From the IMG/VR virus record IMGVR_UViG_3300033565_000024: a stretch of DNA of 48,298 bases; one strand, written 5' to 3'. Below, piece by piece: positions 8,508 to 17,723 of the stretch. The stretch is from a virus. The notes beneath the pieces are model-generated. The model was not told the origin of the DNA, ran no database searches, and worked only from the letters and a program-made list of their open reading frames with translations. The position numbers were made by a program, and so were the translations under genes. How positions within the stretch are numbered: position 1 is the first letter of the stretch; every line of letters starts with the position of its first letter.

Positions 8508-8586
8508 AAACCAAGACATGAAAAGTAATTCACACATTCATTTTCTCGCAGCTAAACGCACCCCTCCACATGAACTGTCTTGGTTT
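8508..8586 (+). repeat. 11-bp perfect inverted repeat (aaaccaagaca / tgtcttggttt) in the long leader of the replication gene
   Basis: 8508-8518 pairs with 8576-8586. 57-nt spacer. Lies between the promoter at 8442-8473 and the ATG at 8643. Confidence 0.5.
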
Positions 8587-8642
8587 CTTTGTGGTTGCAG
8601 CCAGTTGGTGTGTTTGGTTTGCGGGATTTTATTTTTAGCCAT

Positions 8643-9491
8643 ATGATAAAAGACGCGTTCTATTTCACTCACGACAGCAACGCCCGTAACGATGAGAAGA
8701 TTCTCGCCCTGCGGATGAGGCATAAGTCTGCCGGTTATGGCGTTTATTTTATGATTCTTGAAAGGTTAAGGGATTCGAAAGACTACTTGCACATAAAAGA
8801 TTATAATCTCATCGCATTCGATATTAGGGAATCTTCTGAATTGATAAAATCTGTAGTTGAAGATTTTGGATTGTTTGAATTTACAGAAAATGAAGAGGGT
8901 AAATTTTTCTATTCAAAAAGCTTTTGCTCGCGACTTGACGGGCGCGACACGACCCGAGAAAAGGCGAGAATAAGCGGGATGAAAGGTAACCTGATTAAGT
9001 ATAAAATAGTCTCAAAAAATGCCTTAATAAATATGAGTGACGATGATGTTATTAACCTGTATAACAAACAGTTTAATAAAGATGTCGCAACCCGATCGCA
9101 ACCCGATCGCAACCCGATCGCTAAGAAAGGAGAGGATAAGATAGGAGAAGAGAGGATAGGAGATAAAAAAAGCGATCCCCCGCACGATGTTTTTCCAGGA
9201 ATAAAATCAAATCAAAACCTGACTTATGAGGAAACATTATCACAGTTAGAAAATGAATATTCCTGGAAACATGAAATCCAGAAAAATTTTAAATCACTAA
9301 ACGATGATGAATCATTCAAAATTGCAATTAAGCAATTTATGACAGACACAAATATGGATGGAAAATATCCGCGATTGATTTCTGACACGAAGCAGCATTT
9401 TAGGAATTGTTTACAAAAGGGGAAATACCTGAATAGCCCAAAACCAAAGTATGATTCCGGCATTTACGAAGACTGTCCAAGAATAGATTAG
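8643..9491 (+). CDS. DUF4373-type replisome organizer / replication initiator
   Basis: MIKDAFYFTHDSNARNDEKILALRMRHKSAGYGVYFMILERL N-terminus. Sits directly upstream of DnaB. Start moved to ATG 8643, since the longer ORF from 8580 adds a non-protein-like leader. Confidence 0.6.
   Translation: MIKDAFYFTHDSNARNDEKILALRMRHKSAGYGVYFMILERLRDSKDYLHIKDYNLIAFDIRESSELIKSVVEDFGLFEFTENEEGKFFYSKSFCSRLDGRDTTREKARISGMKGNLIKYKIVSKNALINMSDDDVINLYNKQFNKDVATRSQPDRNPIAKKGEDKIGEERIGDKKSDPPHDVFPGIKSNQNLTYEETLSQLENEYSWKHEIQKNFKSLNDDESFKIAIKQFMTDTNMDGKYPRLISDTKQHFRNCLQKGKYLNSPKPKYDSGIYEDCPRID
9085..9121. repeat. Tandem 11-bp repeat tcgcaacccga x3.4 (candidate iterons, putative ori)
   Basis: Copies at 9085, 9096, 9107 plus partial 9118. 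One helical turn periodicity. Inside the organizer gene. Confidence 0.8.
9129..9166. repeat. Purine-rich repeat block (GAGAGGATA x2, ATAGGAGA x2)
   Basis: GAGAGGATA at 9130 and 9150. ATAGGAGA at 9141 and 9156. Immediately follows the 11-bp iterons. Confidence 0.7.
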
Positions 9492-9494
9492 GCC

Positions 9495-10853
9495 ATGATG
9501 AAACAACTTGAAGATAAAGCCCGTGAGAATCAGCAGTATCAAATGGAATTGCTGGCAATGATTCTGAACAATGATGAGGTTTATGTTAAAGCCATTGATT
9601 TCTTACGTCCAGGGCTTTTCACCGGAACAAACCTGATGATTTACGAGGCGTATGTGAAAATGGTAAAGCAATCACAACACCCCGATCCTGTCAGCCTATC
9701 AACAGTAGCGAACATACCGCTCGAAGAGGTTTTAAAAGTAGCCACTTACTACAGCGGAGCACCAATGGATATTAACGCTTTGCTCTATGAGCTTTTTGAT
9801 TATTTTGCCAAAGACAAGCTCACTAAGTTAGGCGCAAACATTAGCCAGCAGATCACGGCAGGAACCCGCTATGAGGATATACTCGAAATCGTTGGCCGCA
9901 CAATCCGAAGCCTTGAGCTTGGAAATAGCAGCTCAGTGATAACCATGCAGGAAGGTGTTAATTCACTGATGGAGCTGATAAATAACAATCGTGCAGTGAA
10001 AGAATTTACCGGAACCCCTACAGGATTTAAACTGATAGATCAACACATGGGCGGGCTTCACCCTGGAAACCTTGTAATTCTTGCCGGTGAAACATCACAC
10101 GGTAAAACAGCCTTTGCACTTTCTATGATGTTCAACAGTGCCGTGTATTTCAACCAACCATCTGCAATCATTTCGCACGAGATGACACATGATGAAATCA
10201 TGAGCCGATTAGCTGCATACGCAACAGAAATCAACGCGAAGCATATTTTAAACGGGAAGCTATCGGATGAAGAAATTTCTATTTTTTCAAACAAAATTAG
10301 TACACTCATTTTTGCGAATATATTTATTCAGGGATTTATAAAACGAGACCTCACAGAGACTGTTTCGGCTATAAGGCTACTTGTCATGCAGCACAGGATA
10401 AAGTACGTTGTGGTTGAAAATGCCGGAAACATAACCGTTAAGGGCGCTTTTAACGATGAGGTAAGGACAGCCGAAATATCAAAAACGCTGAAATCACTGG
10501 CGCTTGAATTAAAAATAACCATTATTCTGATAAGTCACCTTTCGCGCGATAAGGACAATGCGAAGAAACAGCCCGAACTGCACAGACTCAGGCATTCTGG
10601 TCAGTTGGAAGCGGATGCAGATATTGTGATGTTCACATACATGGCGAAACTACACGGGCACGAGTTTTTCCCGGATGACAACGAAATTCCAACACATGGA
10701 AGGGTAAAGACATACATTGCGAAAGGTAGAAGTTACGGCCTAGCTAAAACATATCCAGACTTCATCAAAGAGCTGGTACTGATTCGAGATCATGAAGATG
10801 ATGCAAAGGAAATATACAGCGCAAATAATATTTCACCAAATCTAACATTCTGA
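9495..10853 (+). CDS. dnaB: DnaB-family replicative DNA helicase
   Basis: GFKLIDQHMGGLHPGNLVILAGETSHGKTAFAL (Walker A), VVVENAG (Walker B-like), ILISHLSRD, RHSGQLEADADIV. Confidence 0.85.
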   Translation: MMKQLEDKARENQQYQMELLAMILNNDEVYVKAIDFLRPGLFTGTNLMIYEAYVKMVKQSQHPDPVSLSTVANIPLEEVLKVATYYSGAPMDINALLYELFDYFAKDKLTKLGANISQQITAGTRYEDILEIVGRTIRSLELGNSSSVITMQEGVNSLMELINNNRAVKEFTGTPTGFKLIDQHMGGLHPGNLVILAGETSHGKTAFALSMMFNSAVYFNQPSAIISHEMTHDEIMSRLAAYATEINAKHILNGKLSDEEISIFSNKISTLIFANIFIQGFIKRDLTETVSAIRLLVMQHRIKYVVVENAGNITVKGAFNDEVRTAEISKTLKSLALELKITIILISHLSRDKDNAKKQPELHRLRHSGQLEADADIVMFTYMAKLHGHEFFPDDNEIPTHGRVKTYIAKGRSYGLAKTYPDFIKELVLIRDHEDDAKEIYSANNISPNLTF

Positions 10854-10854
10854 C

Positions 10855-11031
10855 ATGAGCGATTTAATCTTGAAAATAATAGCCCTTGAGCTGGAATCAA
10901 TCAACTTGAAAAAAAAGTTGATCAAAAAATATTCGGGCAATGATGACGCCGTTTCGCAAATAATAGCAAAAGAAGCAAGATGTTCTATCCGACAATCTCA
11001 GGAATCAATTCAATTCTTTTCAAAGCTTTAA
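10855..11031 (+). CDS. Possible small ORF (58 aa), below the ORF-track cutoff
   Basis: ATG 2 bp after the dnaB stop. MSDLILKIIALELESINLKKKL... read by hand. No motif. Confidence 0.3.
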   Translation: MSDLILKIIALELESINLKKKLIKKYSGNDDAVSQIIAKEARCSIRQSQESIQFFSKL

Positions 11032-11080
11032 TTTCTTGTCAAATAAATTCAAAAGCATACAGTAATAAAACTCAATAAAC

Positions 11081-11389
11081 ATGCTACACATTCATTCAAT
11101 CAGAATCACAGACGGCAACAAATGTTACAAGCCTAAAATGATGAAAAACACATTTGTTAAAAACATTGAATGCGTTGAAGCTTTCGAACATGAAGAGCTT
11201 TCCAAATTCATTCAAAAGAAATACCCAAACGGCATACCGTTGTCAAGGGATTTGAAGTTAGTTCCGCTGGTATCAAATGCAACTTATATCAGCATCCCGG
11301 ATCGTGAGTTCTTGCACTACCTGGTTGCAAAGTTGAATTACAAAACTATCCCGCAACAAATTATTAATCTTTTCAGGAAAGTAGGATGA
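11081..11389 (+). CDS. Hypothetical protein
   Basis: 102-aa ORF, ATGA overlap with the next gene. Confidence 0.5.
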   Translation: MLHIHSIRITDGNKCYKPKMMKNTFVKNIECVEAFEHEELSKFIQKKYPNGIPLSRDLKLVPLVSNATYISIPDREFLHYLVAKLNYKTIPQQIINLFRKVG

Positions 11390-11868
11390 AAAACATTATA
11401 GCAATAGACCCCGGAAATATCGAAAGCGCCTATGTTGTGCTCAATGATTCAAAGATTATTGAAAAAGGCAAGGTCCTAAACGGTGACCTGCTGTTTATGA
11501 TAAAAAACAGCCGATTGAGGTCAAAGGATCCATACGATGAACTTCATATCGAAATGGTAGCTTCTTACGGGATGCCGGTCGGGAAAGAAGTATTTGACAC
11601 CTGTGTGTTCATTGGCAGACTTATGCAAGCCTGGGATGATCAGGTTCAGCCTTCGGGATGCCATGCTACTCAGGTATTCAGGAAAGAGATAAAAATGCAC
11701 CACTGCGGGAGCATGAGGGCTAAGGATGGGAATATTATTCAGGCGCTTAAAGATAAGTACGGGGACAAGGGCACAAAGAAGAATCCCGGGTATTTCTTCG
11801 GCATGTCTGCTGATGTATGGCAAGCTTTTGCCCTGGCTTCTTATGTGATGGAAAGGGAGGCATCATGA
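11386..11868 (+). CDS. RuvC-like Holliday junction resolvase
   Basis: IIAIDPGNIESAYVVL (catalytic Asp motif), HIEMVASYG, SADVWQAFALASY (C-terminal acidic motif). Confidence 0.6.
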   Translation: MKNIIAIDPGNIESAYVVLNDSKIIEKGKVLNGDLLFMIKNSRLRSKDPYDELHIEMVASYGMPVGKEVFDTCVFIGRLMQAWDDQVQPSGCHATQVFRKEIKMHHCGSMRAKDGNIIQALKDKYGDKGTKKNPGYFFGMSADVWQAFALASYVMEREAS

Positions 11869-12389
11869 AATTAGCAGATAAAATACAACTTGCATTGATT
11901 CCCTGGTGCCGTGGACATGCTTACGATATCATAATTCCAAATTACTACTTCGGTATGTACGAAATGGATTTATTCAGGCTATTGGATAGTGGATATTCGG
12001 TGGAGTATGAAATCAAAGTGAGCCGATCAGATTTTAAAGCTGATTTCAATAAATCATTTAAAAGCTTTTCAGGAAAACATGATTCTGTAAAGCATAATGA
12101 TTTACAGAATGGAAAGCGGGTTTGCAATAGATTCTTTTTCGTGGTACCGAATGGATTAATTAAAGTTGATGAAGTTCCTGATTATTGTGGATTGATATAC
12201 TATCATCCATCCGGTAGATTGGAAATGGTTAAAAATGCTAAGATGCTTCACAAGAATAAAATCAGCGATCTCAGAAACATGTCTCACAAATTATCAATCA
12301 GATGCCAGATTTTACAATCAAAACTGCGATATGCAAAGGACGATATCCGAGAGATGAGGGAATTGATAAAAAATTTAAATACAAAATAG
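11865..12389 (+). CDS. PD-(D/E)XK nuclease (MmcB-like)
   Basis: YEMDLFRLLDSGYSVEYEIKVSRSDF fits D...E-x-K. Start set at ATG 11865 (ATGA overlap) rather than 11817. Confidence 0.45.
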   Translation: MKLADKIQLALIPWCRGHAYDIIIPNYYFGMYEMDLFRLLDSGYSVEYEIKVSRSDFKADFNKSFKSFSGKHDSVKHNDLQNGKRVCNRFFFVVPNGLIKVDEVPDYCGLIYYHPSGRLEMVKNAKMLHKNKISDLRNMSHKLSIRCQILQSKLRYAKDDIREMRELIKNLNTK

Positions 12390-12418
12390 TCTTTCGGACA
12401 AATAACAACGTAATTTTG
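12387..12418 (+). promoter_or_regulatory. Palindrome TAGTCTTTCGGACAA + 9 bp + TAATTTTG (promoter of packaging genes)
   Basis: 12387-12401 and 12411-12418. The ATG at 12424 is only 5 nt after the -7 box. Confidence 0.6.
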
Positions 12419-12423
12419 TACCC

Positions 12424-12837
12424 ATGCCAGCAAACTTCTATGACCGGTTAGAATTAATTAAACGACAAAAACAAATCGTTGATTGGATTCTAATTGGCTG
12501 GTCAACACGGATGATAACTGATGAGTGTATCAAACTTTGGGGAGTCGGAGAGAGAACCTGCTACAATTATATCAAGAAGGCGCTTGCTATGCTTGAAGAT
12601 AAAGAAGAGCCTGGCCTGAAGATCAAACAGAGGGTCCATACAGAGCGAAGGTTGAAGTTGCTCAGAGATCTCAAAGATAAAGATACTCCATCAGGTGCCA
12701 GAACAGCGCTCAGGATCCTTGACAGCATCGCAAAGATTGACGGTTCCTTGATTGAAAAGGTCGATGTGACATCTGCAGGTGAGCAGATCACCGGAACAGT
12801 GGTAGTACTTCCCGAAAATGGCAGAGAGAGTCAATGA
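12424..12837 (+). CDS. terS: Putative terminase small subunit
   Basis: 137-aa protein immediately upstream of, and overlapping, TerL. HTH-like ITDECIKLWGVGERTCYNYIKKAL. Confidence 0.5.
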   Translation: MPANFYDRLELIKRQKQIVDWILIGWSTRMITDECIKLWGVGERTCYNYIKKALAMLEDKEEPGLKIKQRVHTERRLKLLRDLKDKDTPSGARTALRILDSIAKIDGSLIEKVDVTSAGEQITGTVVVLPENGRESQ

Positions 12838-14353
12838 GATAAAGCCACAGCCTGGCTTTCAAACTGAATTCCTTTCTTCACGTGCTGATATAGTCATTGG
12901 GGGTGGAGCTGCAGGTGCCGGGAAAACATTTGCAGAGTTACTGGAACCACTCAGGAACTACCGGGTTAAAAACTTCGGTGCCATATTCTTCAGAAGAACA
13001 GTCCCTCAGATCAAATCAATCGGGGGACTTCTCGACGAATCAAAAAACATTTATTACAAATTCGGCGCAAAGCTTAATCAATCCAACCTGAGTTGGGAGT
13101 TCCCATCTGGTGCATTGGTGAAATTCCGGAGCCTTGAGCACGAAAAGAATATTTATGATCACCAGGGTGCCCAATACCCGCTGATTATTTTTGACGAGCT
13201 AACTCACTTCACTAAAAAGCAGTTTCTGTATCTGTTATCCAGGAACCGGTCTACCTGCGGAGTTCCGCCTTATGTACGGGCTACTTGTAACCCCGATCCG
13301 GATAGCTGGGTTGCGGAATTGATAAAGTGGTGGATCGACCAGGAGAGTGGATTTCCAATACCGGAACGTGCCGGTAAGATCAGGTATTTTGTCGCTGAAA
13401 AAGATAATTACATCTGGGGCGATACCAGAGAGGAAGTAATTGAAAAAGCCCCATACCTTTTTGATAGTCCGGCGTTTGATGATATTGACAAAAGCCGCCT
13501 GGTAAAATCACTCACATTCATACCCGGATCAATCTATGGCAACAAAATGCTGCTTGAAAAGGATCCTGGATACCTCGCCAACTTGCTTTCTCAGGACGAA
13601 AGTGAGCGGGCCAGACTCTTGGAGGGAAACTGGAAAGTAAGCATGGATGGAAGTGCCTTGTTTGAATTCTCTGCTACATTCAACATTTTCTCAAACTTTG
13701 TTGAAAAGAGTGATACCAGGGTTATAACATGTGATGCCGCAAGGTTCGGGGCGAACCTTGCAATAATCATGGTTTGGAAAGGATGGGAAGTTGTTGCTAT
13801 GCATATATTCACTACTTCAGCACTGGATAAGCTCAGAGATACCATTGAATTTGAACGCGAACGATGGAAAGTACCTAGCTCGGGTGTTCTGGTCGATCAG
13901 GATGGACTTGGAGGTGGATTAGTTGACTTTGGTGGATATGTAGGCTTCTCAGGAGGGGAAACGGCCATGGATGATCCGAAAACAGGGATCAAGGAAAACT
14001 TCTACAACAAAAAGACTCAGTTGTTTTACCGGCTGGCAGAAAAGGTGAATGCCTGCAGGATACTGATCAAGCTGGAAAGAGATAACTGCTTTGTTGATGG
14101 AGTGAACACAACCAAAGTGAAGGTGAAGGGCACAACCTATGAGATTTCAGACCTGATCAGAAAACACCTAAGGTGCATAAAGAAAAAGATCACTGACGGT
14201 GATGGCAAGCTACGAATTAACAGCAAAGAAGAACAGAAAGCTATCCTTGGCGCTGATGAAAGCCCTGATTTTGCGGACACTTTGATGATGAGAATGCAAT
14301 TTGAATACAATCCTGTAACTACCAACAAGGATCTGTCAGGATTATTTTTTTAA
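12818..14353 (+). CDS. terL: Terminase large subunit
   Basis: Walker A GGGAAGAGKT, Walker B LIIFDELTHF, C-terminal nuclease half. 511 aa. Confidence 0.9.
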   Translation: MAERVNEIKPQPGFQTEFLSSRADIVIGGGAAGAGKTFAELLEPLRNYRVKNFGAIFFRRTVPQIKSIGGLLDESKNIYYKFGAKLNQSNLSWEFPSGALVKFRSLEHEKNIYDHQGAQYPLIIFDELTHFTKKQFLYLLSRNRSTCGVPPYVRATCNPDPDSWVAELIKWWIDQESGFPIPERAGKIRYFVAEKDNYIWGDTREEVIEKAPYLFDSPAFDDIDKSRLVKSLTFIPGSIYGNKMLLEKDPGYLANLLSQDESERARLLEGNWKVSMDGSALFEFSATFNIFSNFVEKSDTRVITCDAARFGANLAIIMVWKGWEVVAMHIFTTSALDKLRDTIEFERERWKVPSSGVLVDQDGLGGGLVDFGGYVGFSGGETAMDDPKTGIKENFYNKKTQLFYRLAEKVNACRILIKLERDNCFVDGVNTTKVKVKGTTYEISDLIRKHLRCIKKKITDGDGKLRINSKEEQKAILGADESPDFADTLMMRMQFEYNPVTTNKDLSGLFF

Positions 14354-14360
14354 CACTAAT

Positions 14361-14392
14361 TTGTCTATCAGACAATTTTGAATGTAAATTTG
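14361..14392 (+). promoter_or_regulatory. Perfect palindrome TTGTCTATCAGACAA + 9 bp + TAAATTTG (promoter before portal)
   Basis: 14361-14375 and 14385-14392. TTTG at 14360-14363 sits 21 bp upstream of the -7 box. Confidence 0.65.
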
Positions 14393-14408
14393 TCCAAACA
14401 TTTGAGCG

Positions 14409-15812
14409 ATGACAATCCAGGAAATTCTTTCAAAACCTTCTACAAGCGAAATCATTGACGGTCTTAAAAAGCGAATCACACCACTTCCCGATATAAGTGT
14501 GAGTGAAAAGAACTGGAATATTAAATCGCACGATATCAACAATCCCGCGTTACGGGCTGATAAAATTGTAAAAATAGCAAGTGATGAAGGTAAAGTTACA
14601 GGTACACGAATTGAGAAAGTTGCCCGTATAGCTTTATCCCTTCAAAAGCTTATTGTCGGACGGGCTGCTGCATTTGCATTTGGCAATGCTCCTGACATAA
14701 CGACAGAATCTCAAAATAGTGATGAAATAAATGTCTTTAATGCCTGCCTAAAGATACTTTCGGATATAAAATCTGTAAGTCACAACAAGAGTCTGGCTAA
14801 AGCAATGATGAAGTACACCGAAGCGGCTGAATATTGGTTTCCAAGACCTGAAGCACACAACAAATACGGTTTTGATTCAAAGTTTAAAATTAAAGTAAGA
14901 ATATTCAGTGCCGAAAATGGGGATGTCCTTTACCCTCTTTTTGATGAGTACGGTGACCTCATTGCCTTTTCCAGGGAATTTGTTATAAAAGAGAATAATA
15001 TCGAAACTGTTTATTTCGAGACTTATACCAAAGATGATATCATCAAATGGAAGAAAGAAAACTCGAAATGGGTTGAAACGAGCAGAGTTCAGAATACCCT
15101 GGGCAAAATACCTATCGTTTACATTCGGCAGCAGGAAACAGAATGGGCTGATGTTCAGAATTTGATTGATGAACTTGAAAAGCTTTTGAGCCGGTTTAGC
15201 GACACAGTTGCGTATCACGGAAGTCCAAAGATTTTCACTACCGGCGACATTAAGGGGTTTGCAAAGAAAGGCGAAGAGGGGGCGATCATTGAGGGTGGAA
15301 AAGATGCAACTGCGGCATACCTTGCATGGCCGTTTGCGCCCGATGCTGTGAAACTCGAAATTGATACATTGCTTCGATTGATCTATACACTCACTCAAAC
15401 TCCTGATATATCATTTGACAGCCTGAAGGGTTTAGGACAGATAGCTTACAACACTTTGAAACTTATGTTCCTTGATGCGCACCTAAAGGTCGAAGATAAA
15501 AAGGAGATTTATATCGACATGCTGCAGAGAAGGATGAATATCATCAAGGCTTATGTAGGCAAGATCAACACCAAATATGCTGTTGCTGCTGATAACCTCG
15601 AAATTTCAGTAGAGTTATCCCCATACATGCCGGGCGACCTTGCCTCGGATATCCAAAACTTAACAAATGCCACCGGCGGAAAAGCTATACTTTCACAAAA
15701 GACAGCAGTTGCAAAGAGTGGGTTGGTGAAAGATGCCGAAAAGGAATACAAGCAGATTCAGGAAGAGGATTCAGCAAGCAATGTTAAGGATATATTTAAT
15801 CCGACAGCATAG
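14409..15812 (+). CDS. Portal protein (SPP1 Gp6-like size and position)
   Basis: 467 aa, directly after TerL and before MuF. Assigned by gene order and size. Confidence 0.75.
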   Translation: MTIQEILSKPSTSEIIDGLKKRITPLPDISVSEKNWNIKSHDINNPALRADKIVKIASDEGKVTGTRIEKVARIALSLQKLIVGRAAAFAFGNAPDITTESQNSDEINVFNACLKILSDIKSVSHNKSLAKAMMKYTEAAEYWFPRPEAHNKYGFDSKFKIKVRIFSAENGDVLYPLFDEYGDLIAFSREFVIKENNIETVYFETYTKDDIIKWKKENSKWVETSRVQNTLGKIPIVYIRQQETEWADVQNLIDELEKLLSRFSDTVAYHGSPKIFTTGDIKGFAKKGEEGAIIEGGKDATAAYLAWPFAPDAVKLEIDTLLRLIYTLTQTPDISFDSLKGLGQIAYNTLKLMFLDAHLKVEDKKEIYIDMLQRRMNIIKAYVGKINTKYAVAADNLEISVELSPYMPGDLASDIQNLTNATGGKAILSQKTAVAKSGLVKDAEKEYKQIQEEDSASNVKDIFNPTA

Positions 15813-15858
15813 CTTCCAACACCTTCTGTATTAACTTTGCAGTACCAACCACACCACA

Positions 15859-16110
15859 ATGAGAAAGTACAGAGAATTCACCGCCGATTATCCTACTGAA
15901 TGTGATCCAATTTCGGGCAATTCAGAATTTGAATCAGTTCTCACTACAATCGACCTTTACTCTATCGTTTCTTTCAATCCCGGATCCTTCGGCAATCAAA
16001 CCACTATCAGAATGTCAGACGGATGTATATTTGACATCAGAATTGCATACAAAGACTTCAAAAAAATAATGAAGGCCGAAGTACCCGAATTATTCCACAG
16101 CGCGAATTAA
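15859..16110 (+). CDS. Hypothetical protein
   Basis: 83-aa ORF between portal and MuF. Stop overlaps the next ATG. Confidence 0.5.
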   Translation: MRKYREFTADYPTECDPISGNSEFESVLTTIDLYSIVSFNPGSFGNQTTIRMSDGCIFDIRIAYKDFKKIMKAEVPELFHSAN

Positions 16111-17723
16111 TGAAAAACCCGGATGCAGCACATTTCACCAGGATTGAACAATATGCAGGTAGTATTTACCAGCTATACCTGAAAACGCTCAGAGACATTA
16201 CAAGGTTGCTGCACTCACTGCCTATCGACACATCAAAAACTTTCAACTTCAACGATTACCCTACCGTTAAGCATAGGGTTGATTCTTACATTTTTGAACT
16301 GACAAAAAAGGTAAAGGCAATCACCGAAAATGCAATATCTGCGGAATGGCTTCAGGCGAATATAAAGAATGATGAGAACATCCAAAACATACTGAAAGGA
16401 TCCAGTCTGAGTGATGCACAAAAGAAGGTTTACTTTTCCCGGAACCAGGATGGATTAAAAGCATTCATTCAGCGCAAAGAAGACGGGCTCAGCCTGTCGG
16501 ATCGCGTATGGCTTTACACGAACCAGTACAAGAACGAAATTGAAATGGCCGTGGATGTTGCTATTTCGCAAAAGGTAAGTGCTCAGAATCTTTCACAAAC
16601 TGTCAGGCAATACCTTCAGCAGCCTGAAACATTGTTTCGCAGAGTACGTGACAAAAACGGGGTTTTGCAGCTAAGCAAGAAGGCTGCAGATTATCATCCT
16701 GGCCGTGGTGTGTACCGGTCAAGTTATAAGAACGCCATGAGGCTGGCACGCACAGAAATCAATATGGCATACCGCACAGCTGATCATGAAAGGATGAACC
16801 AATTACCTTTCATCACAGGCTTTGAGGTTGTGTTAAGCAACAATCACCCGGTGAAGGATATTTGCGATCACCTGAAGGGTAAATATCCTAAAGAGTTCAA
16901 ATTTGTAGGATGGCACCCGAATTGCAGATGTTCCCTAATAAGTAAAATGGTTTCAGACGAAGAGTATAATAAAATCGAAGATAAGTTATTAAATGGTGAA
17001 GATGTTTCAAATTATCAGCCTTCAACTGCCATAAAGGAAGTGCCCAAAGGATTTTCAAACTGGACTGCTGACAACAAAGACCGGGTGAAAGGTTGGAGTT
17101 CGGTACCGTATTTTATGCGGGACAATCCGGAGTTTGTGAAGGGTGTCAAGGCTATAAAAACACCTGTTGAAATTGACATACCAAAAAGCTCTGGCTTGTC
17201 TGTCCGTGAAAAAATAGAAGCCGAAGAGTTTAAAATCAGAAGAAACAAATCCTTTGAGACTGCAAAATTGTTTAACAGTAATGGCGAAACAATATTTGTT
17301 AAAAAGGGAGGCTCTCATTCGGTTGGGTTTACAGCCAATGAATTATCACTTTTTAAGGATCAAATTTTTACACATAATCACCCATCCGGGGCAAAGCACC
17401 CTGTTGGTGACATGCGAAGGATAGGGAATTCATTCAGTATTAATGACATTGTAACAGCAATAAAAACAGATCTTTCTGAAATGCGAGCTGTCACTCCTGA
17501 ATTCACGTTTATCATGAAGCGGCCAGCTGCGGGATGGGGAAAATTAGAAGACTTAAAAAGCGCTTATATAAAAGCCGATAGGGAGGTTTCTATTGAAAAT
17601 ATGATTGATATAAATCGGGGAATCACCACGGTTAAAAAAGCATCAACAGTACACTATCATGCTATTTGGAAAAAAGTTTCGAAAGAACTGGGATATGACT
17701 ACTCCAAACAAAGAATTAAATAG
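16110..17723 (+). CDS. Head morphogenesis protein (Mu F / SPP1 gp7 family) with C-terminal RadC/JAB-like domain
   Basis: NAMRLARTEINMAYRTADHERM and GWHPNCRCSL (MuF core). C-terminal ~165 aa contain IFTHNHPSG...SFSINDIVT. Confidence 0.85.
   Translation: MKNPDAAHFTRIEQYAGSIYQLYLKTLRDITRLLHSLPIDTSKTFNFNDYPTVKHRVDSYIFELTKKVKAITENAISAEWLQANIKNDENIQNILKGSSLSDAQKKVYFSRNQDGLKAFIQRKEDGLSLSDRVWLYTNQYKNEIEMAVDVAISQKVSAQNLSQTVRQYLQQPETLFRRVRDKNGVLQLSKKAADYHPGRGVYRSSYKNAMRLARTEINMAYRTADHERMNQLPFITGFEVVLSNNHPVKDICDHLKGKYPKEFKFVGWHPNCRCSLISKMVSDEEYNKIEDKLLNGEDVSNYQPSTAIKEVPKGFSNWTADNKDRVKGWSSVPYFMRDNPEFVKGVKAIKTPVEIDIPKSSGLSVREKIEAEEFKIRRNKSFETAKLFNSNGETIFVKKGGSHSVGFTANELSLFKDQIFTHNHPSGAKHPVGDMRRIGNSFSINDIVTAIKTDLSEMRAVTPEFTFIMKRPAAGWGKLEDLKSAYIKADREVSIENMIDINRGITTVKKASTVHYHAIWKKVSKELGYDYSKQRIK

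Noticed and set aside
8518-8649. 43-aa ORF (MKSNSHIHF...) and the N-terminal extension from 8580 in the replication-gene leader
   Set aside because: Cys/Leu-rich and non-protein-like. The conserved DUF4373 N-terminus begins exactly at Met 8643.
9085-9121. Tandem repeats as a CRISPR array or minisatellite artefact
   Set aside because: The units are 11 bp with no spacers, lie inside a coding region and preserve the reading frame. Iteron or linker repeats fit better.
14877-15398. 173-aa minus-strand ORF inside the portal gene. Similar antisense or alternative-frame ORFs: 3556-3924, 5186-5527, 27204-27611, 31618-31932, 31957-32286, 38160-38537, 46481-46816, 46653-46937, 4554-4865, 45438-45803 and 46061-46345
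   Set aside because: All are embedded in long, motif-supported genes on the opposite strand or in another frame. Their compositions are typical of shadow ORFs: Cys/Phe/Leu-rich, or low complexity from the coiled-coil repeats.
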